A DNA stretch of 64,000 bases from Macrostomum lignano (Eukaryota): the NCBI GenBank assembly GCA_002269645.1, contig NIVC01000059.1, positions 930,001 through 994,000 of the forward strand, in the 5' to 3' direction. Shown one piece after another: positions 52,248 to 64,000 of this stretch; position 1 is the stretch's first letter, and each line of letters starts with the position of its first letter. Both the position numbers and the translations under genes were made by a program. The notes under the pieces are model-generated. The model did no database searches and had not been told where the DNA came from. It saw only the letters and a program-made list of their open reading frames with translations.

Positions 52248-53518
52248 TAAACTGCTCAGGCCAGAATAATAGTAAGAACACTAGGGCCTATTAGAATAAC
52301 AGTAGGAATGCTACTAGAATAATAGTAAGAATGCTAGGCCTACTTGTGAGAATTTAATACTTAGATCTATACTCAGAATAATCCTTAGGCTTAGACCAAT
52401 ACTGACTTATGCTTAGATAAATACTCAGACAAATACCCAGACTCATACTAATAAATAAGGATATTACTTAGATTTGTTCAAGTAATGGCTAGCAATGGTG
52501 GCAGCAATGGCTATGGCATGGAAGAAACTTGGAATAGGGGTCTACAAGCATATAAAAGCAATGATTTTGAAATAGACTTAAGTAATGTTTCTTAGTCTGG
52601 CCATGTTACCCAGATCCTTCCGATGTCTTCTGTACTGAATCAGAATACAAGGCCAATGATGATACGTAGTAGCTGCTGTAGCAGGCTGTAGCTCGCGGCA
52701 TTTCCGTTGTTATTGAATTCAAAGTTGACGCTGATTTTCTACGAAACCGTCTTGTCTTAAAAACAAAACTTTTAGAACAACAAATAATTTCAGCTACTGT
52801 CGTGTCTTACACACGCTGATAGTTTAAAATCAATGTAATTAAACATGAAAATAATCGAAAAACTTTTGCAGTAAATCGATAGTTTTTTTGAAAACTGAAA
52901 TTTATCGTTGAAAATAAATAACATTAATTATTAATAAGGACAGAGCAGTGACTTTACATGACATCCCATTGGCCCTACGATGTGGATTGTAGGATTGCCG
53001 ATGGAAATTATATGATTTGTAAGGTTCAATGGAAACAAAAAAGTACTTTATAATCAATGACAATTGTAGTAATTTAACGCACGAATTTGTTTTAGCATAC
53101 AGTACCAACGGCAATTAAAATATGAGACGCCTCTGAGATGTATGTACATATCCAAGTGGTCCAAGTATTCTTTCAGGTGGATCAGGTGTGCGCAAAAGTG
53201 AAACAACAACATGTTTATTCGATGCTTTATCGAATTAAAATTGACATGCATATAAAATCTTCAAAAAAGATTCGCTGTAATTGTTAATAACATCCGGAAT
53301 TGTATGCATATATTTAAATATTATTTTATGTGTTTGTACCTGCACAGTAAAAACCATATAATTACGTGATATAATATGCAGCGGACATGCAATAATTCTC
53401 GCTTCGATATATGGAAGCAGGAGAGCAGAGGGACAAATAAAAGTTTATCACAGATGAGTGCATATCACAGATTTTAAAACTACGGGTGTCTTTCCGTCTC
53501 AATTCAATGATGCTCGAT

Positions 53519-53661
53519 TCAGACGCCATGTGGGAAGCCAGTGGACATTGCTAACTCCTTCGCTCTGGTCAATCGTTGACCATCTAGTCGCTCCTTGCGC
53601 AGGTAGCTCTCGATTGGTACCAGCAAACGGATGTCTCTGAGTTTGGAAGGGGGGAAGAGGA
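53519..53661 (-). CDS. Possible third exon of the beta-propeller-like gene
   Basis: ATATGCAG| acceptor; frame (V)LFPPSKLRDIRLLVPIESYLRKERLDGQRLTRAKELAMSTGFPHGV*. Usable only if exon 2 has a frameshift (see findings). Confidence 0.3.
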
Positions 53662-54086
53662 CTGCATATAGCTAGTATGAGTAGGGATTTTTTGGATCTG
53701 CTCAAACGGACTGCAGGACTGCTTGATTAAATATCACATTGACGAATAAAGACGTCATACAGTGTACTTCGGCAGAACATCGATGAAATTTAAAAGCACA
53801 TACGACATGTTATATATTGGCGCCTCTTAATAGGGCTGTGGCCCTCAATCGAATCAAAATTCCGTATGCCATTGACCAAAAGTACAGAAGCAGCAATATT
53901 ACCAGCTATTTTAATGTAAAAAAACTCATAATTCCTTAATCTTGCTGGACATGTTAATTTGAATTATTTTGTATTGGAATGTTGATGTTGATGTTTTATG
54001 TTCGTTCGTTACTTCATTTTCCTACTTTTATTAAGCGAGCTACTCTGCCCATGATTTGTACTGCCGAGGCATTAATGTACTCGAAA

Positions 54087-54584
54087 CTAAAACGAAAAAA
54101 CCAATTCCAACCTGTCCTCCTCTCGAATGAAGTCCCTTCCGAGGTTGTCTCGCACCAGATGTAGCCTGCGCGGTCGGCCGTCGCTGTTAGGAGGCAGCGC
54201 AGCCAGCAGCTTGACGGTGTAGTCCAGATCGCCGCTGCGCGTGTAGCCAAACACTCGGAACCGGTTGGTGTCCCGATCCACCTGCGATTCGGCCAGCATC
54301 AGGCGGCCATCGTCGGTCACGGTGAAGCTCCAGCCGTTGCGCAGGTCGGCTGGCAGGCCGGTGGCGCAGAGTAACTCGCTCAGCTCGGTGTCAAACACTG
54401 CTAGACCGGGCACAGTGGCTCCGGCGTTGTCGAGAACGAAGCCTTCGACTGCGACGTAGCGACGTTTAGCAACGACCCGCTCGGCTGTCACCAGACGCTG
54501 GTGCGAGAGCTGCAACGGGCTCGGCTGCATGTCCGGATACTGCAGAGTTTCAACCACTCCTTTGGCGTAGTGGGGCAGGTACAC
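54087..54584 (-). CDS. Uncharacterised beta-propeller/NHL-like protein, exon 2
   Basis: TCATCCAG|GTGTAC acceptor (phase 0); VYLPHYAKGVV...LAVFDTEL..WSFTVTDDGRLMLAE..RFRVFGYTRSGD strand patterns. The 3' end is uncertain. Confidence 0.7.
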   Translation of the reverse strand: MYLPHYAKGVVETLQYPDMQPSPLQLSHQRLVTAERVVAKRRYVAVEGFVLDNAGATVPGLAVFDTELSELLCATGLPADLRNGWSFTVTDDGRLMLAESQVDRDTNRFRVFGYTRSGDLDYTVKLLAALPPNSDGRPRRLHLVRDNLGRDFIREEDRLELVFSF

Positions 54585-55130
54585 CTGGATGACAAATCGA
54601 CAGATTGAGGTGTCTAACTTCATCAGTTGACTTCTGTGACAATCATTTCATGCTGGCTCTTAAGCTAACAGGTTCTACTAGCGTATGTATACTAGTACAT
54701 TGTGAGGCATATGCAAGGCACTGTATATCCTGGCCCATCAACAGAACTTCGTTCCGCAATGAGTCGTACTGCTCAAGGAGCGGGTAAAGGAAGCTCTGCT
54801 GCTACCGCTGTAGGCACCATGCCGACGAAAACAGTTGCGCAAATTCTTGTCTGCATGCTGATTGAGTTACGGCTAAGTCAGTTGAACTTGATGCCTTAAG
54901 GTGCGCACTGTGACGCTGTTCAAGGACCTTTTTGACTATGCTTTGATATTTTCTATGAGCTCGAGGAGCTTTATATGCGTTGGTGCCTAAGATCAACTAT
55001 CACGATAGCCACCAAAACACAGTTTTATATATTCTCATACACCAAGACGGCAGCATGCGATCTTAGCGAATCGATTAAGTTTTTGTGTGCATGTAGCCAC
55101 GTCCAACAAATTATTGCTTAACCATCTCAC

Positions 55131-55559
55131 CAGTCTCCGGTTAAATTCCACATCAACAAGCCCCAGATCGACTACGCCGTCACTCCAGCCTCGCTGCCAG
55201 ACGGTTTTGCCGTGAGCATCCGCCAGCAGCAGATGGCAGCAGCCTCGCCCGACACGCTGCGCCAGAAGGCAGCCGTCTGGACAGCAGATCGCCTGGTCAA
55301 GCAGCGGAGTGGAAACGGCGTTTTGATTGCGAAATTGGACCTCCAAAGCCAGCGGCGACTGAGACCACCGCTGGGCGTCGTCCAGGAAGTAGACGCTGGA
55401 CAATTCAAGCCGACTGCCGTCGCGACTGATGGACGTAGCCACCAGGCACCGAGTCAGACGGCTGCCGGTCTCACCCTCGGTTGGTGCATCGAAGTACAGC
55501 GACTGCAGATCTGGCCACAGCTTCTGGCCGGGGAACACGAAAGCAGCAGCCGCTGACAT
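55131..55559 (-). CDS. Uncharacterised beta-propeller/NHL-like protein, exon 1
   Basis: ATG at 55559, 143 codons, CTG|GTGAGA donor (phase 0), joining as LVDVEFNRRL|VYLPHY. Confidence 0.7.
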
Positions 55560-57289
55560 TGCTTAGTCTTCTTTAGAGCGGGACTTCTTCTGTTTGTGTT
55601 TAGCTAAGGTATGTTTTTCTGACTTATTTAAGGCAAACTTCAAGCTTTAAGTTCGGTATTTAAACAAGCGATGTAGCCTGCATCGTAGAGAGGTAGAGGG
55701 ACAGATATAGATTCAAGCAAATGTACTCAACTACAATATTTAGAAGCTCGTAGGCGAGAGTGCTAAAGATAAAACGAGTTGGGCGATTGGGCAAGAGCTT
55801 TCTCCGACGCCGTGACGCTCCTCAGACTTTGCGCGGTTACTCTTGGCGCTCCGCTTTTATTTGACCCATCAAAATACGCAGCGGCCTTCATCTCTTTCCT
55901 AACTTCTCACAGGAGTAAGGAGCTTGCTTACCTGCCAGACCCCACTGTAGTCAGGGTGAGCCACGCCCATGCAAGCTTCAATGGCCATTTGTTGTGTGGA
56001 AGCTATAGTATAGAGCAATGCCAGTCCATTGTTAATTAAAACGAAAAGAGCTTGACAGGCTACAAACATTGGCCGTCTTGGAGCCCGGCAGCGGACCGGA
56101 GGAGGAGGGGGAGTCGCAGAACGGGAGGAGAGAGTGAGAAAAGCTGAGCGCACAGTTGGAGTTTGTTTGAAATGAGATCGGTAAGTCCTATTGTGTGTCA
56201 AATAAAACTTACGCAGCTACAGCTCTCTTCAACTCTCGTTGCCTGCTATCTGTCAGTTAACTTCACAATTGTACTGTTTATTGTACACTTTAGCTACACG
56301 CTGTACAGCAATCCGACGTCCTGTTACGTCGCTAGCTAGTGGTTACTTTTGCACTATACCGACATCCACGTCGGTATACAACATGATCGCTCGCGAGTTT
56401 CTGCGGTCAGCCTTCAGTTTTGAACCATACCTGCAACCAAATTTTAGTAACACGACAGCTTCGGTTTTCAACCAGTTTAGACTTTTGACAAACTACGATA
56501 CAGATTCGACAGTTGGAATACTGCATTTCCTACAAACAGTCTATCAGTTCTAACGATTGACAAACAATACCGTCAAGAGAGGCATCCGTTTTCAACCAGT
56601 TGTGACTAACAGAGATTCAGAATCGACACTTTGCATACACGTCTTTCGACAAAAAGTCAATCCGTTCTAACAATTGCCAACCAGTTCCGTCAAATGGGGT
56701 AGAAAGAGCCTGGGAATTATCGTTTTTCTTGTTAAAATTCCGGCACGCGAACGAGATTACAGTCCGGCAGGTCAGCCACCCACCAACCGGCTTGAGGGGG
56801 TTTGTGTAAAACTGCATATTCGTCGTCTGACCCTCACTTTGACTTTCTGCCTCTCTCCTGTCTCGTTTCCATCTAACCGCCATTAAGCGACGTTTCGACT
56901 CATTGGAAGCGTGTTGATTACACCATTAGTTTGTTCCATTTACTCTATAAGGAGTCACGACTTAAAATCAATTGTTAATAACGACAGAGCAGTTACTGTA
57001 ATAAAGTAAAATTGAAGCTACTTTTACCGTATCAATTCTTCATAACCAGCCGCTGCAGCTTTTGGAGAAAAGTCTGGTAGAACTAGAAATACGAGGCTCG
57101 TATAGTGCTATTTAAGCTTTAGAACCATGATCACTGCTTCGACTAGGTTTGTCCAGGGGCTAAGACTGTGGCACATTGTGGCACACAGCGGAGCGAGCGT
57201 CGGCATGTTGAGCGTCGGCGTGAGCGAAATCGGCGCGGTCGGTGACGTGGTGCTGCCCGCCAAGCTGCTGCCGCACTGGCCCATACGGT

Positions 57290-58272
57290 TTCGCCATCAT
57301 GGCGATGTACCGTGATACGAAAGCTGCTGTTTCAACACCGGACGGCCTATCGGACTTCTTTGAGACATCCTCCGGGGTGCTTCAGGGAGATACGCTTGCG
57401 CCATTCCTGTTCGTTCTGGTGCTTGACTGGGTGCTGCGGACCGCTCTTTCTACCAACGACGACGGCTTTCTGTTGCGGCGACGCGTGGGTCGACGTCAAC
57501 CGGAGAGGCGGCTCAGCGTGCTTGGCTACGCCGACGACCTCGCCCTGCTGTCCTCAACTGTCGAGGGCGCCCAGCGACAACTGGACAAGCTAGTTGCTGT
57601 TGCGACGAGTGTCGGCCTGATGGTCAACACGCAGAAGACCATCGTGCTCTACGTGCCGGACGACATCGAGGCAGCGATTTTGTGTCGAGGCGCTGATGGA
57701 CAGGCGACAGAGCTTCCGCGTTGTCAGCAGTTCGTCTATACCTCGGCGGTCTGGTTCGCGGCATCCGCGAGGATTTGCGGCGTCGCCGCGGGCTTGCCTG
57801 GACTGCCTTTCGTTCCGTGAGGGCAGTCCTGCAGTCCGAGGCCTTAGCTGACCGCCAGAGGGCGGCGCTGTTCCAGGCGGTGATCGAGACCGTCATGCTG
57901 TACAATGCCGAGACCTGGACGCTGACGGAGTCGCTCTAGCAACAAGTTGACGTGGCGCGCGTTGGCCTGCTGCGCGCCGCCTTCAAGATCGGCTACGAGC
58001 AAGCGGCCGTGCTGGCCTGGTCCGTTCAAGCGACCTGTTGCGCCGTCGGCGACTCCAGATGGCAGGCCACATCATCCGCGCTGAGTCGTACTGCCCAAAG
58101 CCGGTGCAGGAGGTGCTGCTGCTAACGCTGCAGGCACCCTACCGGCGGGGGCAGGCGCCCACTCGGCGTTTCGTCGACTGCCTGCTGGCTGACGCCGGCG
58201 CCCCTGATTCGGCCGGCGGCGTGGCGTTCATTCGTGACCTGGCATTGAGGCACGCCTGTTGTTGTTGTTGTT
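57290..58272 (+). mobile_element. 5'-truncated RTE-like non-LTR retrotransposon (RT pseudogene)
   Basis: GVLQGDTLAPFLFVLVLDWVLR...GYADDLALLS...GLMVNTQKT; LFQAVIETVMLYNAETWTLT; frameshifts and a stop; (GTT)n tail at ~58258-58272. Confidence 0.9.
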
Positions 58273-59488
58273 CTGTTATTAAATTGATATTGTAAGCCGG
58301 AAAACCTACACGACACGGATCTTCTGAACACTATAGATGTGTCAACTCAATTTAAAAAAGACTTCAACGTCAGCTTTTTAAAACCAATTGATTCATTTAT
58401 GAGGGGCGCGGGAGAGTAAATATCGTTCGGTTTCTTGAAACCGCCTTTATATTAAGGAAATAGGGGCAAAGCTTCCTATTTTTAGGGTCGGTAATTAGAA
58501 ATAAATTGTTGAGTGAGAAAACAACTCTCTTTGGGCTGACTCTTATTAAGGTAAAGATCCATGCATGCTTATCCACAAAAAAGTTTCGTGTCCAGATGCT
58601 AATATCTAGAAATCCGTGGCTCTGCATAAGGCTGCTAATTGTTTAGCACCCTCATGCCGTTTCCAATTTATTATAATGTGACCATTACATTGTCACTCCA
58701 TTAGGATATATGTCACCCCGGCCCTTCATCGCCTCATTTATTGCCTTTAACCTGTCCCGCGCATTAAGGCTGACCTGTTAGAGCTTAAAATGTTAGATCA
58801 ATAAAAACTATAACGAGGGCAACGTTTTTATTTGAGCAAAATAATTGACAGAATTGTGTGGACCTGGAGCCTGGGGATCTGGCTGTCCTTTATAAACTAA
58901 TGATTGTTGAGTTGGGTAGTTAAGATACTATCACTGTCGTAATGCATGCATGCGATCAATGATACATGCGTGAGGTCAAGCAGCGAACCCCAGCCCCTCC
59001 TAAACATCAATAAACAGCCTGAAAGGGCCAGTCCTCCTCTCCGCATCCTTTTTTTCTCATTGGTGGTGGGCCTCGTTCGTCAAATAACTATATTAAAACA
59101 AATGTAGCTTCGTTTACTTTAATTAAATTCCCTTAGTGTTAATCAGTAGGAAGTTTTGTCAACTGCGTTTATGTAACTACAGGCGTTATAAATTTAGAAA
59201 AGTCACCCAGCTTCTTTACATAGGAATCAGGAAGAATAAAAAGAAACAAAGGAAATCGACTGCTGGACCACCCACAGCTAGCGCAGATGCTCACTTAAGA
59301 ATGAGAAGACAACCTGAAAGACACCACGATCCAGGGGTGGCGCTACCAGAGGGGATGGTGACATGTCCCCCCCCCTGTTAAAGCTATGACCCGCTATGGA
59401 AATCGATTATTTTGCTTCAGGGCATCAAAATATATGAGTGCCTCTCTGCGGCGCCCAAATACCTACAAATACCTACAAATACAACACC

Positions 59489-59725
<237 letters not shown>

Positions 59726-59982
59726 GTAGATAGAAATAGATTAGGATTAAACTTGACATTCCAGTCCAGCAGTTCAAGCAACAAAATGATAGCAGTCAGT
59801 AAGCCACATTTAGAGGTTAAGCAGACAGCCAATTGCGTTGCTGCTGTGCAACAGTGTTGCAAGAGCCAACGCTTATTAAGAGCTGAGGCTTCCTCGGGCG
59901 ATGCTTGGTCAGAAAATATAGTTCGTTGACTAAAAATACAACAAGACTTTTAGGCTGTCTTCTACAAGAGAGGTACTGGACC

Positions 59983-60007
59983 ATGTCAGGCAGCAGGCTA
60001 GAAGCAG
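59983..60007 (+). CDS. Secreted PAN-like/ConA-LamG-like protein, exon 1
   Basis: ccATG TCA GGC AGC AGG CTA GAA GCA G|GTAAGT (phase 1), matching the phase of the 60095 acceptor. Confidence 0.7.
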
Positions 60008-60094
60008 GTAAGTGCATACAACATTCGAAAGCCTGGGGTTGCTGAATTACGAGTAATTAGTTTCAACTTTTCACCTTCCTCAATTGTCCCCCAG

Positions 60095-61089
60095 GTTCGC
60101 TGCTAGTGGCCAAAGCTTTTCTGGCTCTCACAACTATGGTGGCAGCGACCTCCGGATCCGTCTGGAGGCTGGCGGACGTGCAGTGCGCTCCAGAGAGCAC
60201 CGGCGCCACAGCCGCCTTCCTCCGGTTTGTGGCGACCAGGGAGACTCACTGTGTCATGATGGCCTCCGAGAAGGCGCCCACAGGAGCTCTGGTGGCTCAG
60301 TTCGACAAGCTCTCGCGAACCTGCTCCGTGTTCGAATTTCAATCCGTGTGCCGAGCTCTGACCTCCGGACAGTCGGCCAGCTGCGCCGTGTTTTACCGAT
60401 TTCCAATCAATCACCGGTCGATGAACGCCAAGCTCAACAACGTGTGGCTGGGGGACAGCGTGAGCAGACTGGAGAACCTGGTGTGCCAGGCTGACCGGGA
60501 CACGAACCGGCTGCATCCGGTGGGCGTTGCTTGGAGCAGCGACGGTGCTGCGTTCGACGGAGTGAGCGCCTTCGCCCAGCTGAACAAGTCCGACATCAAC
60601 TTCACGACTGGCCTCGCCTGGCTGCTGAGGATCAAGAGGCAGCCCAGACAGCAACCCTACTTTGATTTCAACGACTGCAGCACCTTGGGACAGGCCGTGA
60701 TGTACACTGCTCATTTTTGGGAGCATCCCACTCCAAGACAAGCCTACCTTCGACTGGGTGAAGTCACTGAAACTCTGCTGCAAAGTCACGAGACACCTGT
60801 AGACACCCTGCCTGCCGGAACTGACGACTGGGTAAACATCGGGTTCACCACTACCGCCTCTGGCGACTTGAATGACGTGTTCTTCGGCAATTCTTTCCTG
60901 CCCAGAGCGAGTATCAAAAAATTGAATGAACCAAGCAGTCCCATCAGTAATATGTGCATGCTCTTCGGGATGCGAGTGGGCACTCCAAGCAACTACATGT
61001 TTAATGGGACCCTGCGAGCTCTGGCCATGGCTAGTGCCTACATGTCCGAGGCCGAGATTCGCCAGTTTTTCGAACTGTTCAACGAATAA
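60095..61089 (+). CDS. Secreted protein: signal peptide, Cys-rich PAN/Apple-like segment, ConA/LamG-like domain
   Basis: CCCCCAG| acceptor. Spliced N-terminus MSGSRLEAGSLLVAKAFLALTTMVAATSG is signal-peptide-like; the C-terminus FNGTLRALAMASAYMSEAEIRQF fits the LamG/pentraxin FxGxI.....L..xEI ending. Total 339 aa. Confidence 0.75.
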
Positions 61090-61580
61090 ACTATAAAGTC
61101 AATGGTTAGAACATTTTTTACGAGCTGAACGCAAATGATGAGGGTCACACTTTATTTGGATAAAATTGTTCTCCTGTTTTTGCGTCCAGAATTATTCTAC
61201 TGCTAGTAGCACGCTCTGAGTTTTCTCTCAATTTACCTTCTTTTATCTGTACATTTTTTCATTCTATTATAGTACGTGGCGGTGGATTAGTTTAATCTCC
61301 GGATTAGATGATTTCTATTTTCTACTTTTTTCTGTACATAATTGTGTTAGCTTATTGCTCGCGTAACTTTTTCCTCCAACCCTTGTACATAAAACGCTGA
61401 CCAATCTTGACCTTATTTTTCATCGATTTTTCTATAATTGTCACTTATATTAGCAATGCGTATAAGCTTGTCTCTATCCTTATAATGCAATTTACCCGTT
61501 ACGCGCATATAGATGTACTTGTAAAACATTGTGAAATGCTTCAAATGCATGAAGTTAACCTATTTTGAATTAAGTTATAA

Positions 61581-62440
61581 CTAGCAATCTACGCCCCCCG
61601 TTGGGGAGCCAAAGAAATGCAATACACGTTTTTTTTAATAAGCTACATGTATCCTTGAAATCTTAAAAAATCTCCTGTCAAACCTTGTAAGCCTTGACAT
61701 GTCAGTAATTCCCCCCCACAAGCTTTAACATATCAACTTCCCCGCTTGACATCTCAGCAATGCCCCCAATAAGCCTTGGAAATCTAAAAATATCTGTCAA
61801 CCTTCTAACCCTAACCCTAGCCTAACCCTAACCCTAGCCTAACCCTAACCCTAGCCTAACCCTAACCCTAGCCTAACCCTAACCCTAGCCTAACCCTAAC
61901 CCTAGCCTAACCCGAACCCTAGCCTAACCCTAACCCTAGCCTAACCCGAACCCTAGCCTAACCCTAACCCTAGCATAACCCTAACCCTAACTTAACCCTA
62001 ACCTAGCCCTAACCCTAACCCTAACCCTAACCCTAACCCTAATCTAACCCTAAAGCATTGACATTTCAGTAATTCTCTCTAAGAGTCATTATAGCACTAC
62101 TACAGCATTATAGCGATTCCCTGCAAGCCTCGACATCGTTGGGATTCCCAAATGAATCTCTTACTTCGACATGAAGCTTCTTTTACTTTTTACATTACGC
62201 TTTTTTTATCAGCGATCCCTCCCCTGAGGAGGCATCAAATGATGTAATAAAAAGTTTTCAATAAACTACATGTAGCTTCTGACTTTAGCCTTGAAATCTC
62301 ATTTATACCCCCGTGAGCCTTGACATCTCAGCTATTCCCCCCCCCGTGAGCCTTGACATCTCAGCTATTCCCCCCCGTGAGCCTTGACATCTCAGCTATT
62401 CCCCCCGTAAGCCTTGACATGTCAGCGATGGCCTCCATAA
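61581..62440 (-). mobile_element. Helitron-like non-autonomous element containing tandem repeats and a telomere-like array
   Basis: Minus-strand 3' end GCTCCCCAACGGGGGGCGTAGATTGCTAG|T; internal AAGCCTTGACATCTCAGC repeats shared with 40860-41115. Confidence 0.55.
61805..62052. repeat. Interstitial telomere-like repeat: (TAACCC TAACCC TAGCC)n grading into (TAACCC)n
   Basis: Directly visible; the complement is TTAGGG. Confidence 0.9.
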
Positions 62441-62518
62441 ATTAAGTTATAATGTAGCCTACAGTATTTAGATGTAATTGTAACTGAGTCACAAATATCC
62501 ATATTTTTCTACTTCGTA

Positions 62519-63858
62519 CGGAGGGTTGTCAGAAAAGTTCTGTGTATTAGAGAATAGCTCAGCTCTATGAATAGCTGAAGAGTTGGGGTTTTAGCCATAG
62601 ATATATACATATATAAAGAGTCGCTATAGCTTCAGTTTTAGAGCACCTGATCATTCCTAGCCTGAGTTAGCAGTAATTTTTCAACCACACCCATGGCGCA
62701 TTCCGTCCCGCGAGAGTTTTTCTAAACGCGACAATCGAGCGATCATCAAGTTTCATGTCCTTCAGGGGCGTTCAGCAACCGAGATTTTTGAAGAAATGCG
62801 GCAGACCATAGGAGACTTTTGCACATCTTATGAGACGATTCGCCGCTATGGGCTATTGCCATTCGCAACGGCAAAGAAGACCTCGACGACAAGCCACGCA
62901 GTGGACGACCAACGAGTGCTCGGACTGACAGCCTGGTGAGTCAGGTGGAGGCAGCCGTGCTGCAGGACCGGAGACTGACCACCAGGCAGCTGGCTGATGC
63001 CATATGGGTGTCCCACGACTCAGTCCACAAGATCCTGACCGAGGACCTTGGGATGCGCAAGGTCTGTGCCAAGTGGGTGCCGCATCTGCTCACTGACGAT
63101 CAGCGGGCTCGGCGGGTCGCCATGTGCGCATTCAACCTGCAGCGGTGTCGGCGGGAGGGCATGGCGTTCCTGCAGAGGATCGTTGCCTGCGACGAAACCT
63201 GGGCGCATTCTTGGGAGGCGGAGTTGAAGCGGCAGAGTGCCACATGGTGCAGGCCAGGTTCTCCGCGACCTCAAAAGGCCATCCGGAGCATCGGCCAGCT
63301 GAAGGTCATGCACGTGACTTTCTTCGACCGGGAGGGTCTGTTGTTCGATCAGCCTGTGCCAGTGGGGCAGACGGTCAATGGTGATTTCTACCTGTCGGTT
63401 CTGGTGAAAGTTCGGCGTGCCATTCGGGACAAAAGGCCTGCACTTCACGCGGCTGGCCCGATTCTGCTTCACGACAACGCAGCCCCGCACCGAAAGCAAA
63501 GCGTGCTGGCTACGATCGAGTCGTAGGGGTGGGAAATTCTTCCGGATCCGCCTTATTCCTTGGACTTAAGTCCATTTTTTCCTCCTCCCTTGCATCAAGG
63601 AGTCGATGCGGGGCCAGCGTTTCAGCGCAGAGGAAGACGTGAATCGGGCCTACAAGGCTGGCATTGCCGCCGTGATGAACAATAGCATGACTGCAGACAT
63701 TGACGGGCTGGTGCGGCGTTGGGAGAAGTGCATTGAAGCTGAGGGCTCATACTTTGAGTGAATAGATGTTAAGGAAGACATTTGTAACTTTTCATGTTTC
63801 TACTGTTTATTGTTCTCAAGTTACTACAATATACACAGAACTTTTCTAACAATCCTCA
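62519..63858 (+). mobile_element. Full-length (~1.34 kb) mariner element, inactive
   Basis: TA flanks at 62517-62518 and 63859-63860; ~28-bp TIRs GAGG(G/A)TTGT(C/T)AGAAAAGTTCTGTGTAT. Confidence 0.92.
62693..63761 (+). pseudogene. Mariner transposase pseudogene
   Basis: RAIIKF..., WVPHLL, IVACDETW, LLHDNAAPH, PPYSLDL, RWEKCIEAEGSYFE*. 5' frameshifts and an in-frame TAG at 63524-63526. Confidence 0.92.
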
Positions 63859-64000
63859 TATACTCTGAATTTTTTGTACGATTCTTTTTTGTTAATTTTG
63901 TTCTAAAAATTTCTGTAATTCTACAATATTAACTATTACTTCGGGTGTGTCGTAAGTAATGTCACTGCATGTCTCTGTCAAAAGCATGTAGGCATATGCA

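Noticed and set aside
55779-56553. Short plus-strand ORFs divergent from the propeller gene
   Set aside because: Non-ATG starts, no recognisable motif and no phase-consistent exon chain.
61805-62052. True chromosome end
   Set aside because: Flanked on both sides by ordinary repeat-element sequence, and mostly variant units.

Overview
Eukaryotic (metazoan) genomic DNA with spliced genes, GC-rich exons, AT-rich introns, many unrelated tandem-repeat arrays and decayed transposons. The style suggests a repeat-rich invertebrate, possibly a flatworm such as Macrostomum; this is inference only. Six protein-coding genes were reconstructed by hand from GT-AG sites and codon phase: (1) an Asx/ASXL-like DEUBAD gene (+, ~13.3-17.8 kb); (2) an FBXW4/dactylin-like F-box/WD40 gene (+, 22.2-26.6 kb) with no ATG in its first recognisable exon; (3) an MPPED-like metallophosphoesterase (-, 35.2-31.9 kb) that has lost most metal ligands; (4) a LITAF-domain gene (-, 49.0-47.8 kb); (5) an uncharacterised beta-propeller-like gene (-, 55.6-54.1 kb, perhaps to 53.5 kb); (6) a secreted Cys-rich/PAN-like plus ConA/LamG-like protein (+, 60.0-61.1 kb). 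Mobile DNA: Gypsy gag-protease with PBS, a Gypsy RT fragment, a decayed hAT carrying a MITE and joined to a mariner remnant, a full-length dead mariner, a truncated RTE-like LINE, a CORE-type SINE, several MITEs with target-site duplications, and Helitron-like termini attached to satellite arrays, one containing telomere-like (TAACCC)n. Most long entries in the ORF track are translations of micro- and minisatellites. The most notable signals are the ATG-less FBXW4 exon, the probable pseudo-enzyme, two sharply bounded CpG-depleted blocks upstream of coding exons, and a possible frameshift in the propeller gene. No prokaryotic system or CRISPR array is present.
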